A stretch of DNA of 61,842 nucleotides, counting the filler, from Choristocarpus tenellus KU-1152 (lineage: Eukaryota > Protista > Phaeophyceae), in NCBI GenBank assembly GCA_964200185.2. It is 11 parts of 11 records of this genome, joined end to end, with 100 filler letters (N's around TTAATTAATTAA, not from the genome) between each part and the next. Parts side by side here need not be neighbours in the genome. Positions count along the whole stretch, not along the records: positions 30,659 to 40,719 come from CAXNAD020003175.1; positions 40,820 to 43,352 come from CAXNAD020027001.1; positions 43,453 to 47,108 come from CAXNAD020018687.1; positions 47,209 to 49,949 come from CAXNAD020025148.1; 7 more parts are not named here. One strand, 5' to 3'. How positions within the stretch are numbered: the stretch's first letter is position 1; each line of letters begins with the position of its first letter. A model generated the notes under the pieces. The model did no database searches and was not told the DNA's origin. It worked only from the letters and a program-made list of their open reading frames with translations. Both the position numbers and the translations under genes were made by a program. Below are positions 36,701 through 50,049 of this stretch, one piece after another.

Positions 36701-39700
36701 AAATAATTTTTAACAGTGCGCATCCATCTTGTGTGGCACTAGTGCACCATCTGTTTTTTCTGCTTTGAAGGACTCCTGTGCATCCCTTACAACACTATGC
36801 CACCCTCGAACTCTCACCACAATTCTCATCTGTTACACTACACAATTTCTGACGCAATATTCCCGTGCATGCATGCATGCGCACACATGCACTTTTTTTT
36901 GCAGCCTCACTATACGGTGGTCCAGCGTTGGAATGACACCCTGGGTGAACAGAACATGATGGGTAAGACATGCTGAGGACAGCATGTTCTTCAGAGGCGT
37001 ACATTTATGGAGTGCCCCCAAACTTTGACAGGAGTCCAAGATGGATGCAGTGATGTCACATGGATTGCTTTCCACTCTCTTGGACAATCTATTTGCCCCT
37101 TGCTCTCTCCCTCCTTTTGGTGTTTGGGTGATATCGGCGATTGTATAGGCTCAAAACTACACAACTATGTGTTTGTGCATTGTTCAGCAGGGTGGCCCTT
37201 GCACACATTTTCGGCTTATTCAGAAGCAAATCGAGTACAACTGAAGTCCGTAAACCGGGCCCATCCAATTTGTGTATGAGTTCTTTGGTCATCTCGTATC
37301 TGACATCATCGATGAGTAAATGAGTTGAGAGTTGTTTCTATGATACAGAGTTCCTGCTTGACACGGTAGAGTCATAGTAAGGCCGCTGTGAAGTGCTTGC
37401 TGTATTGTGTTGAAGGGTGGGTGGGGAGGAACTTGGATACATCTGACTGCCCAGGTATTTTAGACTACCCTAGTTGTAAGGACTGTGAGGCAATGGATCA
37501 ATGACAGTCGCCAGCGTATAACCTGGCCAAATGCCCTGGAGTTCACCCTCCTCGTTTAAGGTTCATCTCTCACTTTGATTGTGAAGATCAGGTGCCATCT
37601 TATTGTATATATGGGGGAAATTTTGCCCAGACAAACATCCCATGGATTCTTGGGTTGATAAAGGGGATGCAGCTTGTTTCGAAGTCTTGTACACCTTTTG
37701 TAAAAACATTGCAGGGAATGTTGAGCAATTTTTTTCCCCCTGATCAACCCTCAACCTGATTCCGAAAGTGCTGCTGGTTCACTCCCCATTGCCCCACCCT
37801 TTTTGTGCGTGTTCCTTGTTTCCGATCTTCCACATTTCGGAAAACCCTTCTGATGTGTTGTGGGTCTGATTGGATGTTGACCTGAAAATGGTAAATGCCT
37901 TCACCACGGTTCTAGCTGTTTCCTTGCCAACCGTTCTGGATCCGACGTTGGCTCCGGAGGGACACCACATTATACATGCCTATGCTGCTGGTGAGACTTT
38001 GCTATTTCTTTTTGTGGGGTGGAAAAGTGATCTCCTATCAGGGGAAGGAGCCAGGGTTATTGCTGTTAGCAAGCTTGTCAGGTGTACTCCCTGACAGTGG
38101 AGGGAGCATGGAAACGAACTATCATTTCTTTGTTGCAGCTTTGTTAGAGAGGCAAACAGGTTACGTCGCAATGCCTCATTGTAGGCATGTGTGGCTGAAT
38201 CTTATCCCTACCTTGTGTTGGCACATTGAATTGCTGGCATCAATGATGCGGGCCTGTTGTCAAATGCACCTAAGGGTTGTGTCCTTCAGAAGTTTGAATG
38301 CCTGTGATGAACAATGAAGGCGAACCAAATCTAAAGTTGTATGCACTGGCTGCCCCATGTGCGCGTGCTTCCTGTTGCAGCGAATGAGCCCTATGATTTG
38401 TGGAAGGGGATGGACCGGCGAAGTGAGATATACAAGAAACTTAAGGAGGAGAGGGCAGAGACTCTTTGGAAGGTGCGCCTTCTCAAGAACCTGCCCTGCT
38501 ACGTGTAGTTCTAGGAATCATACATTTGATCTCTCTGAGCAAGGCATTGTTCAGATGATGGCCTTCTGGAGGATAAGCAGTTGTTCCCTGGCATATTGAA
38601 CATCTTTCCTTACCATGTTCTCAGAACTTTGCTTCCCTGTCTTACTTTCAATTTCCCCCAAGATATAGGAGGTTGTGATACCTTACTCACATTTCTTCTC
38701 ATGGACTCCTCTTCAAAGGGGCAGGAAATAGCTTGCCCAACACCTGGGATTCAAATATAAGGGCGTAGGATGTCCCTTTAGATCCCAGATAGTTGCCTGA
38801 TACTCTTTGGAGTCTATGTTACAGTACCCTCAACCTCCCTAGAAATCTTGCCCAGCAAGGAGGTCTCTTCTCCCTAAACCGTGTGAAGATGAGTATGCCT
38901 GGATTGTGCGCACCACATAGATACCTCATGCCATGAAGATTACTCCTGAGGTTCCTTGAAGCTTATTTTCTTGTTTCTGGGACTGGTGGTTGTAGGGTCT
39001 TGCCTAATATGGGAGGAGAAAACATGTCTCCTTCATACGGGCAAGTCCTTGTTGACCATCCTGTTTCCTTGAGTTCCCTTCATGTTCTTATTGCTTGAAG
39101 CAATCCTGTATACTCATAACAACGAAGGTGTTTTTCTTTGGACACCTTCGTCTTGTGCTCTCGCCCTGATCCATGTACCCTCCCCCATCCACCTGGCCTA
39201 CCCATGTCTTACTCTTCCTTGTCTCCATGTTTATCTTGGTTGCTTGGGGATTGACTGCTCAATCGTTGTGATCTCTTCACACTAGGCTGTTGAACGCATT
39301 GTCCCTGATGTGAGGTCCCGAGCTAAGACAATCTTGATAGGTTCGCCCCTCACACATGAGCGATTCAACCGAAGGAGGTGAGTCACTACATGTGCTGCGT
39401 TTACATCATACCACATACATGCAGCAGCATCTTGCATAGCCAAATGTTGCTTTCTGTAGCAAGTCTTGTGTACATTTTGTTGAAGTCACCACTGTCAGAC
39501 ATACTATATGTTCATTTTTACTACTACCAAAGTACTAATGAACTTCAAAATGCTCCACACATGGGGATCAGGTTGACTGGCATCAAAACATTCCCAGATA
39601 ACGTGCTGAACAGGGTAATTTGGTTCTCAAATCTCCTCTGCCTCATCACTGTACCTTACTTTTTATTATAGTGCTATTTATTTGCAATAGTATCCAAGTA

Positions 39701-40177
39701 GTTGGGGTGGGGTAGGTGGGGGGTAAAATTTGTTCTTCCTCATCATTGTACCTCAATACAATTACGTTTGTAGTAATATCCATCAACTTTGGTGGAGTGG
39801 AATAGAATACCTGACGAGCATGCAACTACCAATGTCAATAATACCTGCCTGTAATTGCATAACTCGTCTCGATCTCTGTTGTCATCATTATCCCTCCCAT
39901 TGCTGCTCTACCTTCGAATACCTTACCCTCACACAGTTATGGTACATATGGGCCAGCTTTGAAGGAAGGCGGGAAGGCTTTCCCCACACCAGATGACATC
40001 CCACTCAAGAACTTTTACAGCTGCGGGGACTGTGTTTTTCCTGGTGTGGGTGTTCCTGCAGTGGCGGTTTCAGGAGCCAATGTTGCTAACACTTGCGTGG
40101 GCCCCCTGAAGCACTTGGGTCTAGTCGCTGAGGCGTCAAAGGCTGCAGCCTCTGCTGGATTACAGGGTGGGGATTGA
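30708..40177 (+). CDS. CRTISO: Carotenoid isomerase (CRTISO/CrtH)-like FAD oxidoreductase, C-terminal part, 11 exons (5' end missing)
   Basis: Exons 30708-30791, 32225-32346, 33538-33635, 34549-34632, 35395-35456, 36401-36485, 36905-36962, 37916-37990, 38381-38472, 39286-39377, 39937-40177 splice in frame. Motifs NWLDLLAFSLSG, DYPVGGSG, SFMHLHLG, SLPTVLDPTLAPEGHH, GSPLTHERFNRR-YGTYGP, CGDCVFPGVGVPAVAVSG. The paralogue is not resolved. Confidence 0.88.
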
Positions 40178-40690
40178 GAGTAATGATGCTCTACTTGCAT
40201 CTGGGGCTCACTTGCCTCCTAGATGTCGATTGGGTGTTTGATCTAGATTGTCATCATAACATGCAAGAATGTATGTTGTGGTGTGTAAGTTCCCAATTAA
40301 TTTTCCAGCTAATTCCCAGTTCATACAACTAGGGAGCAAGGAAAGGTGTTTTGTGGTCCTTCAATCCTATGAACGTTTTGGTGGTGCTTTTAACTTTTGT
40401 GTAGTACTACAATGTCAGACTAATAGTTGGAAGTATTTTTTTTGTACCTCTGGACTACTTGTGTAGGAGGAAGACTTGGACAAGATATCATGGAACTAGA
40501 GGATGAACACCTCTAGCTAGGTATCAACACAGCGGTGTATTGCAACATCAGATGAGTCAGTGTCAGTAGACTGTTCCTTTTGCTGGTACGATATCTCTGT
40601 TTATTTCCACCATAGCTGGTTGCTGGTGTAGTGATCCTACCTGTTAAGAGTATGCTGAACTCTGTGAAAGAATATGTTGGATAATGTGAT

Positions 40691-40901
40691 GGCTCAAAGT
40701 ATCTGGGGGGGGTGGCGGCNNNNNNNNNNNNNNNNNNNNNNNNNNNNNNNNNNNNNNNNNNNNTTAATTAATTAANNNNNNNNNNNNNNNNNNNNNNNNN
40801 NNNNNNNNNNNNNNNNNNNTAATGTAAATGCACTTTCCCGATTTTGCCCCAAATGGACACCCTGGTGTAGAACCCCCCTCCCCCCCCAGATACTTTGGAT
40901 T
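40691..40901 (+). mobile_element. MITE family A left end (40691-40719) and right half (40820-40901) on either side of a linker
   Basis: ggctcaaagtatctggggg before the linker; attttgccccaaatggacaccctggtgtag...ccccagatactttgg after it. Flanks are TGAT and TGAC, a 3/4 match. Confidence 0.8.
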
Positions 40902-40995
40902 TGACTCTTTACCGAACCAGTTCACCAAACCAGTTCACCAAACCAGTCATCACCACTCCTGCACACTGGCGTACAGCATTTTCGCTTCCAGCTGT

Positions 40996-41190
40996 TCAGG
41001 GGGTAGTGGCTTTGAAGTCACTGCAGGCTTGCACTGCTTTCTCCAACTCCACTCGTACACCATAGACAATGGGGATGACCAGGATCACCGTCACATGCGT
41101 GTCACCCTCAAGACTCGCCCGTGTTTCCATTATGGGCTCCAGCAACTTTCTTACCAGACTCACCACCTCACTACATCGAAAGAAAGAGTA
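40996..41190 (-). mobile_element. hAT transposase fragment
   Basis: LLEPIMETRASLEGDTHVTVILVIPIVYGVRVEL fits the hAT L.PF.EAT..LEG..YVT.S.V.P.V..L...L segment. Confidence 0.5.
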
Positions 41191-41649
41191 AAAACGAGGC
41201 GAGACGGGAGATGTTAAAGAAAGGTTAAAGATGAGGAGATGGGCGAGGTGTACACAGAGAAGCAATTATAAAGGTCTACTAGCATCGTGGAAAATAGGAC
41301 AATAGCGAGGTGTACCTTATTTTGTGTTTGAGAGATGTAACTAATGAGATAGTACATCCGGATTATGAATGGGATTACGTATGGGTTATTATTCTGCATT
41401 CAACTACTTTGACATAACCGTTGACCTATGTAGGAAGCACAAAATAATAATAAAAACAAGCAATAAGAAGATACCCCTCAAAGGTCACTCTTCTAATTTC
41501 AACCATGTAATCACGTTCACCAATGGGGAACCGTGTGAGGCTTCACACCTTCTTGTCTTCGCTACTGATAAATAGCATTGCCTCGCGAAGAAAATTGCTC
41601 AAGCATAATATAGTTGGTAGTTGGTGACTTTGGCACAACTACAAAATCT

Positions 41650-43352
41650 GAAAGAAGGAACACGTTTGTGATAGATGCAAGAGGAAAATCTGGAAGGCAT
41701 CATTAGTTGTTAGTTGTTTCACTATTGTGAAAGGCTTGACATTTGAGATGTGGCTCCTACACTTCAGCCCTCCTATAAGAACTTTCAATTTCTGTTTCGC
41801 ATTTCTATACCAATGGCTTACCTCCCCCTTGAATATCGATGTGCTTTGTGGGAGGTGACCAATGTTCTCTCGAAGAAAGGCGCAAGTTCGAGGTACAGAA
41901 GCACCCCACCATCGAATGATGTGGACAACCAATGTATCGGTACATCCTACATCACTCTCTTGGGCTCGATTCTCCACTTTCTCCGCATCTACTCTGTGCG
42001 CTCCTCGTGCTGACTGGACCTGGAGTAGGCGCCAATAGCTGTCCGGGGGCTGATCTCATGGTGTCTTCTATCCTGTCACTGTTGAAGGCTATACCCGCCT
42101 CGCACTCCAAGCCGCCATTTATGAATGATGGTTGACGATGTGATGACCCTTCTCCAGTAAGCGACCCATCTTCATTATTGATGGTTCACAGACTGCCACA
42201 TATGCTTCCACCCTTGCAGCAAGCCCTCGATTTTTACCATTTCTACGAGGTTTTCCGAAAAAGGTCTTATTCTGTCGTTCTGCGTGCTGAGTGCTCAATG
42301 CAGTCCATATATGTATACATATACATATATAGATGTATATATAGAGAGGGAGAGATTACCTCGAACGTATGATCATTGCAGGACACGGTGAGAGAGTGAA
42401 AGGTGTGACTGTAGGGGCCTATCCAACCACCCGTCGTGATGGACACATCCTGAACAGGAAAGCACCTCGGCAACCTTGATCTGCAGATCTTCCTGACTTC
42501 CTCAGAGTAGTATCAAGGAGCCTACAAGGACCGGGTATGGTTACCCTGCTATTCAAGACATGTATCACTTCCTTGACGTGTACCCTTTCCATGACCTGCT
42601 GCCGGAAGGCAAAGGTTGAGGAATGGTTAACGAGGCAATAGTCCATTTTGATGTATGTCCAAGAGGACGTGGAAAAATGACACCTATGGATGACAACATG
42701 TTTAAAGATTGAAAAACAAGAATGGCAATTGATATCCATGCGAAGGTAGGTAGGGCAAGATGGCAAACGCTGGGATGTAAGACCGTCTCACCAAACGTGA
42801 GTGATAATCCATGACGATTAAGCGGTAAAGGAGAGTGACACACTCTGGTCCCTTGACCAAATGATGTGAGTACACCCGCGGCTGACCACCTGACACGGAC
42901 TCTTGATCTCGTTCCCGATCCCTTCGAACTCACGAAAGGCTTCCCTGTGCCCAGGCTTGGAGTTCTGCATGTGATTCTAGCTTTGCCGGTCGATTTAAAC
43001 CTCCTAACTTGATCTCGGCGTTTTAAGAAGTTGTCATCCTTCACACAGATGGAGAGCATACAGCTGCATCGGGTATTCTCCCGCTCGTGTACACACTCAA
43101 GATGCACCAGATATCTGCCCTGGACCCATCCATGGGGCGTCATTCTTTGCCGTTCCTTCACACACTCCTCTTCTATCGGTCGGCCGCCAGCTCAAACATA
43201 TTCAAGGCGGGTCCTCCGTCATCTAACCCTTCACCTTCCTTGCCGTCATCGTCCACATGGAAGGGCATATCCATCAGTCCGTTGTAACAAACAATGTACT
43301 GTTCCTTGTGAGGGGTAGATGCCTGATATGAAACAGGACACCTTTCGTTTAA
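41650..43352 (-). mobile_element. Degenerate, internally deleted Ty1/Copia pol
   Basis: In Copia order: SGAS protease remnant (~43110), integrase-like ERVH...PGP (~42580), RNase H TKHIDI (~41840). Many stops and frameshifts. Confidence 0.5.
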
Positions 43353-43452
43353 NNNNNNNNNNNNNNNNNNNNNNNNNNNNNNNNNNNNNNNNNNNNTTAA
43401 TTAATTAANNNNNNNNNNNNNNNNNNNNNNNNNNNNNNNNNNNNNNNNNNNN

Positions 43453-43479
43453 ACCCCCCACCCCCAGATACTTTTACCC
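43453..43479 (+). mobile_element. TIR of the shared MITE group at a contig start
   Basis: cccccagatacttttaccc directly after the linker. Confidence 0.65.
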
Positions 43480-44011
43480 TGTTGCTTTTGCTGCTTCCTC
43501 AAGAGGAGGATGTGAAAAAAGAAAGACCTTGCCAACCTGTTCTATCCTAATTCGTACTTTGGTATTGTAGAGGTTGGTTCTACCCCGTTGTATCAATGTA
43601 CCTCACTTTATGATATTAGAACGTTTCATGTCTTCGCTTTTTTGCATTGTCTTTTTCTAGCCTTCACCCTAACTCGGTAACCTCTTTTTGCTGTTGGTTT
43701 GCCATGCGGGGGGGGGGGTGTGGCAGTATCCAGTCCTTGTCAAAGTGAAGGGACAACCTACGGGCTTATATGTTAAAGTGTTACAGGGCCGATCAAAACA
43801 TCTTGGAATATCTATGTATGCAATGCTTTTGTTGTTGAAGACCTCGAACACCAAATCCATTGTTACTCGATTCCATTTCCCATCTCATCCCCCCCCCCTC
43901 CCAGCCCCGCACTCATCCCCACCCCCAATACTCTTGTTACATGTTGCATGATGTTGCAATTTTCATGGTTGGGTGTGTGGGTTTGTATGGATTGGGGGAG
44001 GACTAACACAG

Positions 44012-45276
44012 GTGTCCAGCTTTGTTCGCCACCAAGCCGGAGGCCATGACGGGTATGCTACAGGTATTAGACCAACAACTTTTCCCAAATGCTGACCCTA
44101 AGGGGGGGGTTGCTGAGGGCGCTTTATCGATTGCAACAGAGCATCCAGCTGTGCTCTTCCAGACCCCCCGCCTCGCTGTCCTGATCGACGTGCTTATGAA
44201 GGAACTGGGTGCTACTCTTCCACAGGTGTGATAGGTGTTTTTGGTGATTTGTGATTATGAGGTTGAGTGACAGATATAGAGGTTGCAATGCATAGAATCC
44301 AGTCTGGTGTGCCTGGTTGGGCACAAGAGTGATGAAGTCGTTACTTGGTTCTGTTGTTGAGGGACAGCATGATCAAGCATGATCAATCAAGTCCACTACT
44401 GCACTTAGTTGTTGTACAAGTAAAAATTGTACTTCAAAGAACGATTATTTTTTCTCACTAATCAATGAGTGGAGATGCCCTTTGTCTGGGCATTGCAAAG
44501 TGAGGGCTACACCTTACACATATAGTCATCCATACCCAAGGCATGCAAGAGGTTCTCTTTTTTGCACTGTGTAGTGTACTGAATGACGGAGTTCATACTC
44601 GCCCAGAGTATGAATTTGCTGTCTACCTGTAGCCACGTTTTTGAGGGGAGAAATTCAGCTCAAGGAGGAAGCCCCCAAAATGTTTTTCTTGGACAAGTTC
44701 TATACTGGTGAGTATCTCTCATCATGAATGAAGAAGCGATGTGATTTCTGCCTTCCTGCCCTCACTTTGTGGTTGCCCGAATTACCAGCCAGAGTTTCAT
44801 TACGACCTCAAACGGATAAAAGGAGTCAGCCTGTACGAATTGTAGATGGAAAAAAGTGATGTTACCCATTACGAACTTCATTGTCATTAATCCAATATCT
44901 AAATGGCTTATACCACTGTCTTTACACACACACACCTATCTGATACACCCTCCCTGTGTTCCCATTTATCTTGTATTACACCTTACACGCTTCCCCTACC
45001 CATTGTTTTTTTGGGCACTGTGGACAGATCCGTTCTACCCTGAAGAAGTCGCCTGCAATCCTTACGTACTCCATCTCCAGACGGGTCCTCCCTCGAATCC
45101 ACCAAATGCGTGAGCTGGGGTTCAAGGTGAAGATGGAAACGCACTTGAGAATGCTGGGAAATTTCTCTGATGCAAGGTTTGAAAAGTGGCTCAGGAGGTC
45201 ACTCATGGAGTGGGCAGCAGATCAAGATGAGGCTGAAGCACGAACCCAGGGGGTTGGGGAAGGAGAGGGGTATTAA
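44012..45276 (+). CDS. mTERF-family protein, last two exons
   Basis: Exons 44012-44225 and 45028-45276. Repeated CPALF / HPAVL / SPAILTYSISRRVLPR (mTERF P..L.YS...R..PR) and C-terminal SDARFEKWL. Confidence 0.75.
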
Positions 45277-46957
45277 GCACTAGAATTTTTTAGTCGGTGG
45301 TCCACTACTGTGAAGCGGTTGATTATGTTTTGTGTGTGCACAATTAGGGTCTCCAGTCCCCCCACACCCCCTGAGCTTCTCACCCCACGCCTTTATGTGT
45401 CCATATGAGTATTTTATTATTAAAGTCCTGGTCCTCCACGTAATGTGAGCTTAGGGTTAGTAGTAATCAGCCGTGCTGAAGTCTTGGGTCATGGTCCTGT
45501 CACTTACAGGGTCTGGTGGTTCAAGTATGAATGTTCTCATCACCTGAGGATTTTGCAATACACGAATGTCTCATGAAGATTAGAGAGGAATACAGCTTGA
45601 TACATGAGGATACGTGTTGGAATAATTCCTCAAGGGGGCATAGACTTATTTAAGTCATTTCTGGAGTGAAGGAGTACCACTCTGGTGGGGGGACAGGATG
45701 GGACATGTTGCCACCTGTCCAGTTCGAATTTGTACAGGTGGAAAGTTGCAGTCTTTAAGTACTGCCCCTGCATGTATCAATATTTCAGCATCTTTTGGAA
45801 GAAGATTGCTTGCAGGTACAATGTTCAAATGTGGGCATATTTGTAAGCTGCGAAGGGAAATTGGGAGCAAGGTACATTTTCTTAGGGTCTGATAGTTTAT
45901 GTTTACTTCTGCCCACCCATTATAAGTAACGCTGCTCCTCCGTGAGGTATTGTTGTGGCTAGTTCAGGAGGAAGTCCTTGTGAGCCATCTATAGGGCACT
46001 TCAGACGATTGATTTACATAGTAGGAATGTTTGTGTGGATAGTGTATTGGGATTGGGTGTGGGGCAAGTTCTGCTAGTATTCAGTGATTGGGCTTTCATG
46101 CATCCCCCATTACTCCTATACTGTATTCTTTGCTACACAGAGTTCATTTTTTTCTTTATGCAACGTAACGTTTCCAGTGGAAGGTTTGAACGCACATTCT
46201 GCATATTACATATCGACATGTGTATGCTTCATGCAACGGTATGAGATTATCGTTATCCATTCATGAAGGAATGTAAGAAAGTACCTACACTCTCACTATC
46301 TGCCGAATATATATGGACTATACATGCATGGATTGTCCCAAGATGATTATTGGAGAAGCACCCGACCCAGTAACCTATTGGGTAGAACTGTAGATGATCT
46401 GATGATGATGAAACGAGAGTGGTCCTCGAATGTATTTTGGAAGATTTGTTTCTTCTACAATAGAATGACGTGGAAGAGGATATATGTATAGATGGAGTAC
46501 GTAATTTTCTTCCGTGTTGTATCGTTTTGTAATCTCGATACCCTTGTGGTGGACAGTTTTGGGCGGTTTCTTAAGCAAGCAGATAGTTCCTAGTTGAGTG
46601 TGGCCATGGTGTGGTTACCCATGCGCTAAGGAGGAGAAGGACTGGGGAATATTATCGGGAAGGGACTGTCAAGTCTCGTTGTAGACTGATAATTCTCCGT
46701 CACTGTGTAAGTGACTCTTTCGAGACACACCATGTGCTTTGAGCTACGGACACTGGCCAGGTGGGCAAGAAGGGGTCTGACAAATACTTCGGGTGCTTTC
46801 CTACCTCCTTGCCCACCTTTGGGCTGGGTTGAAAGCATACCAGTGTGAGCCTTAGTAGAGAACAATCTCTGGCAGTAGTTGAATGTATGAACCTAAAATG
46901 TAGGAGTAGAAGGGCAGGGTGCTGCAGAGAGTCACAGAGAATCACATGCAAAACCTT

Positions 46958-47108
46958 GGGTCAAAGTATCTGGGTGGGGGGGTGGTTTGTGATTTCGTTT
47001 CGGTCAAACAACTCTTTTTTTTGCTGACATTTCAAATCCGACACGTGTGACCAAATCACACCAAAAAAGTGAAAATCGAAAAAAAGATGAAAAACGGACG
47101 CCGACACC
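46958..47108 (+). mobile_element. MITE family C (same TIR, different interior), cut by the contig end
   Basis: gggtcaaagtatctgggtggggg followed by an interior unlike families A and B. Confidence 0.65.
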
Positions 47109-48268
47109 NNNNNNNNNNNNNNNNNNNNNNNNNNNNNNNNNNNNNNNNNNNNTTAATTAATTAANNNNNNNNNNNNNNNNNNNNNNNNNNNNNNNNNNNN
47201 NNNNNNNNGGGGTGTGTGTGGGGGGGTGTGTTTTGTTTGGTGGGTTGGTTGTTGGTTTTTGGGGGCAGCATATGAGTTTTGTCAGTTTTCGCTGTAAAAG
47301 TGGACAAGTGTATCAGAGAGTTGAAGTAACACGAGGGGAGTGTGTGTGTATTTTGGACGTTAAATAAATATTTATTGGTTATTTATTTTTTCAATTTTGT
47401 TTTACCGAAGAAGATAAAAGATGAGAAAAACATTTTGAGAGAGGGCTTCGATATGAAGGATAGCTCGCTGTGGCAAACTGAATATACCAATATATCAATA
47501 TACCAACTGAAAAGTCAAAGTGCATCCCGCTGCGGTGGACTGAGTGCTCCAATAACATGTATCAATAACATGTATCATGGGAGGCCAGAGGGGCCCTTGA
47601 AACTCAGTTGTGTCCACTCCCATCTCAGTTGCTTTGACTCAGAACCCTGTCAGGTTGAAGCCACTGAAATATTGTTGCCAAGGCAGGATGGTCCAAGTGC
47701 CTTGTAGTTGACGAGAGTGAGACCACAAGCATGTTGAATGGCACCCCAAACTTCATGCGTTTGTTTTGAAACTGCATTAGCCTACTGTGACAGAGTGTTC
47801 CTGTCTGATTTTATTTGTTCTTTGTATGTTTGTGTGTATTTTTTTGTGTTTTGCCTTGTTTGTTCCCTAACCCTTAGCCTTTTTGCCGATCCATCCATCC
47901 ATCCATCCTTCCGTACTGAAATATAATGCAGAGTACTTGAAAATAATAAAAACAGTAATTTTTGTAGTTAAGGACTGGAGCCTGTAATTTTTTTTAAAGT
48001 ATTGAACTTTGAGGTCTTCTCTATTCAACCGTACTTCAAACTGAGAGAGACAGAGAACGCCTTCTATGTACCTCTCGTTGTTCTGGATATCTTTGTTTGA
48101 GGTCAATTCCCCCCCCCCCCCCCCCCCCCCACCCCCCCCCTCTCCCACCCCCCACACCCAACCAAAACNNNNNNNNCCCCACTCGGTCATCTCCTTACGC
48201 CAACTCACACTTAATGCAAACTATTTTGCCCTTCTCTGCAACCCCCCCCCCGTCTCTCATTGCGGTAG

Positions 48269-48946
48269 CTGGATAAAAAGGGAGTGCTTCGACCCAACTG
48301 GCAAGCTGGCCCTGGGGCAAAGCTGGATCTGCTACGGTTGTCTTTTGTTGCAGAGGATATAGGGACGTTTAAGGTATGACATTGTTGTCTTTGCTTGTTG
48401 GTATTTAGTTCAGGAATAGGGATGGGGGGCGGGGGCGGGGCAGGGTATTTATTGAATACTTTGAAGTATGTATGATAGGTGGGAGATCAGCGCTCCACGC
48501 TTATCCTCAGCTTTTGATCATGTGTTGCCCCTGACAGGTCTGATGTGGTGTTATGTTCCATTTCCTGAATTTATTTATTTTCAAATTTCCTTTTTTTTTC
48601 GTTTTTGGTGGAAATGTTGGTATCTATGTTGCAGTGGTTAGGTTGGGTAAGAGGGGTTGTTTTTGAAAGAATATTTGTATTTTTTAGGGGTGTTTGTTGT
48701 CTCAAAAACTCTATTGTTATTAATGTTATAGTGGTTGTTGTTGCACATTGCATTAGGCTGACAGGGCCCAGACCTGTGGTTAAGAAGTTGGTCCAGAGAA
48801 GGCAATGCACACTTCTTGATAAATACAAGTAGTATAAACCCTTTCTTGAACCTGCTCCACTATGTAGTACTATTAATCGTGGGACTATATTGAGTGCCAA
48901 TCCCATTCCAAACAAGATGGGTTATTATTTTACAGTTTTTCATACA

Positions 48947-48977
<31 letters not shown>

Positions 48978-49881
48978 CCCAACCCTCCTTCCCTTTCCCC
49001 CCCTCCTCTCTACATCACTTAAACCTCCTTTTTTTATATATGCCAGGTCTTGATAATGATGTCAGTTAACTTTAAAATGAAAAATAAAAGTATGTGAACA
49101 ATGATATTATTATTATTAATAATAATAATGGATAATTACAATAATACACAGCGAGAGATTAAGGGGTGTTGAGCATAACACAATAACTGAATTTTTCCTT
49201 TTGACCAATGGGAAGAGGATTATTGATGTGTTTTTTTTAATTTGAAGCAGAAGAATGTGTATACATTTAGATTATTGAAAACATTATCCGACCCCTGCTG
49301 TATTCCAACCCAATCCTTGAGTAAGTTAGTCAGTCTAGGAGTAACTCATGAGCCCTTTAAATTCTCTTGTTCTCACTGTGTATGTGTTTTTTTTTAATTG
49401 AATGTATTCTTGTTTTTTAAATATTGATCTTTTTTTATTGTACACATTTATTGGTCTTTATATAATTGTAGATATTTGTGTTTTTTGGGGGGGTCTATGG
49501 TGTTCAAGGGGGGTATTGAACCCTTTTATGCACTGTATTGCCACTACTGTGTTTTTTTACTGTGTGTATCTATGTGTACGTATTGTATGTGTGTTGTATC
49601 TTATATTGTGTTTGTATGTGTTTTGTATCTTATATTGTGTTTTTATGTGTGTTGTATCTTATATTGTGTTTTTATGTGTTTGTATGTGCGTGCTTTTTGT
49701 TTTGTGATATTCAGGGGTACTTGCATGTGAAGACAGATCAACCAAGAGTGTCAAACATGGTGGTGCCAGTGTATTTGGAGGTGGTGAGAGGTGGATTGCA
49801 CCCTTTCCCTGCAAAGGTGGACTTTGGGGTGCTGACTGATCCTAATGAGAGAAGGAAGGCGTCTGTGGCATTGCATAACCG
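48269..49881 (+). CDS. TMEM131: TMEM131-like protein, two internal exons
   Basis: Exons 48269-48373 and 49715-49881 give WQAGPGAKLDLLRLSFVAEDIGTFK|GYLHVKTD..MVVPVYLEVVRGGLHPFPAKVDFGVL, matching the TMEM131 pattern W..P.....R..F....F..IKT...LPVEVEV..G.....LDFG.L. Confidence 0.65.
49589..49685 (+). repeat. ~28-bp tandem repeat x3 (ttgtatcttatattgtgttt(g/t)tatgtg)
   Basis: Read directly, just upstream of a splice acceptor. Confidence 0.85.
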
Positions 49882-50049
49882 GTAAAAATATGTTTTGATC
49901 TTTTTGGGGTGTGTGGGGGGGGGGGGGGGGGGGGGCGGTGAGGTGGGGGNNNNNNNNNNNNNNNNNNNNNNNNNNNNNNNNNNNNNNNNNNNNTTAATTA
50001 ATTAANNNNNNNNNNNNNNNNNNNNNNNNNNNNNNNNNNNNNNNNNNNN

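Noticed and set aside
1130-45276. Tyrosinase, CRTISO-like and mTERF genes as a pigment or plastid gene cluster
   Set aside because: They lie on different contigs joined artificially; linkage is unsupported.
49402-49714. Cys/Val/Tyr-rich transmembrane ORFs
   Set aside because: TG-rich intronic tandem repeat upstream of the TMEM131-like exon.
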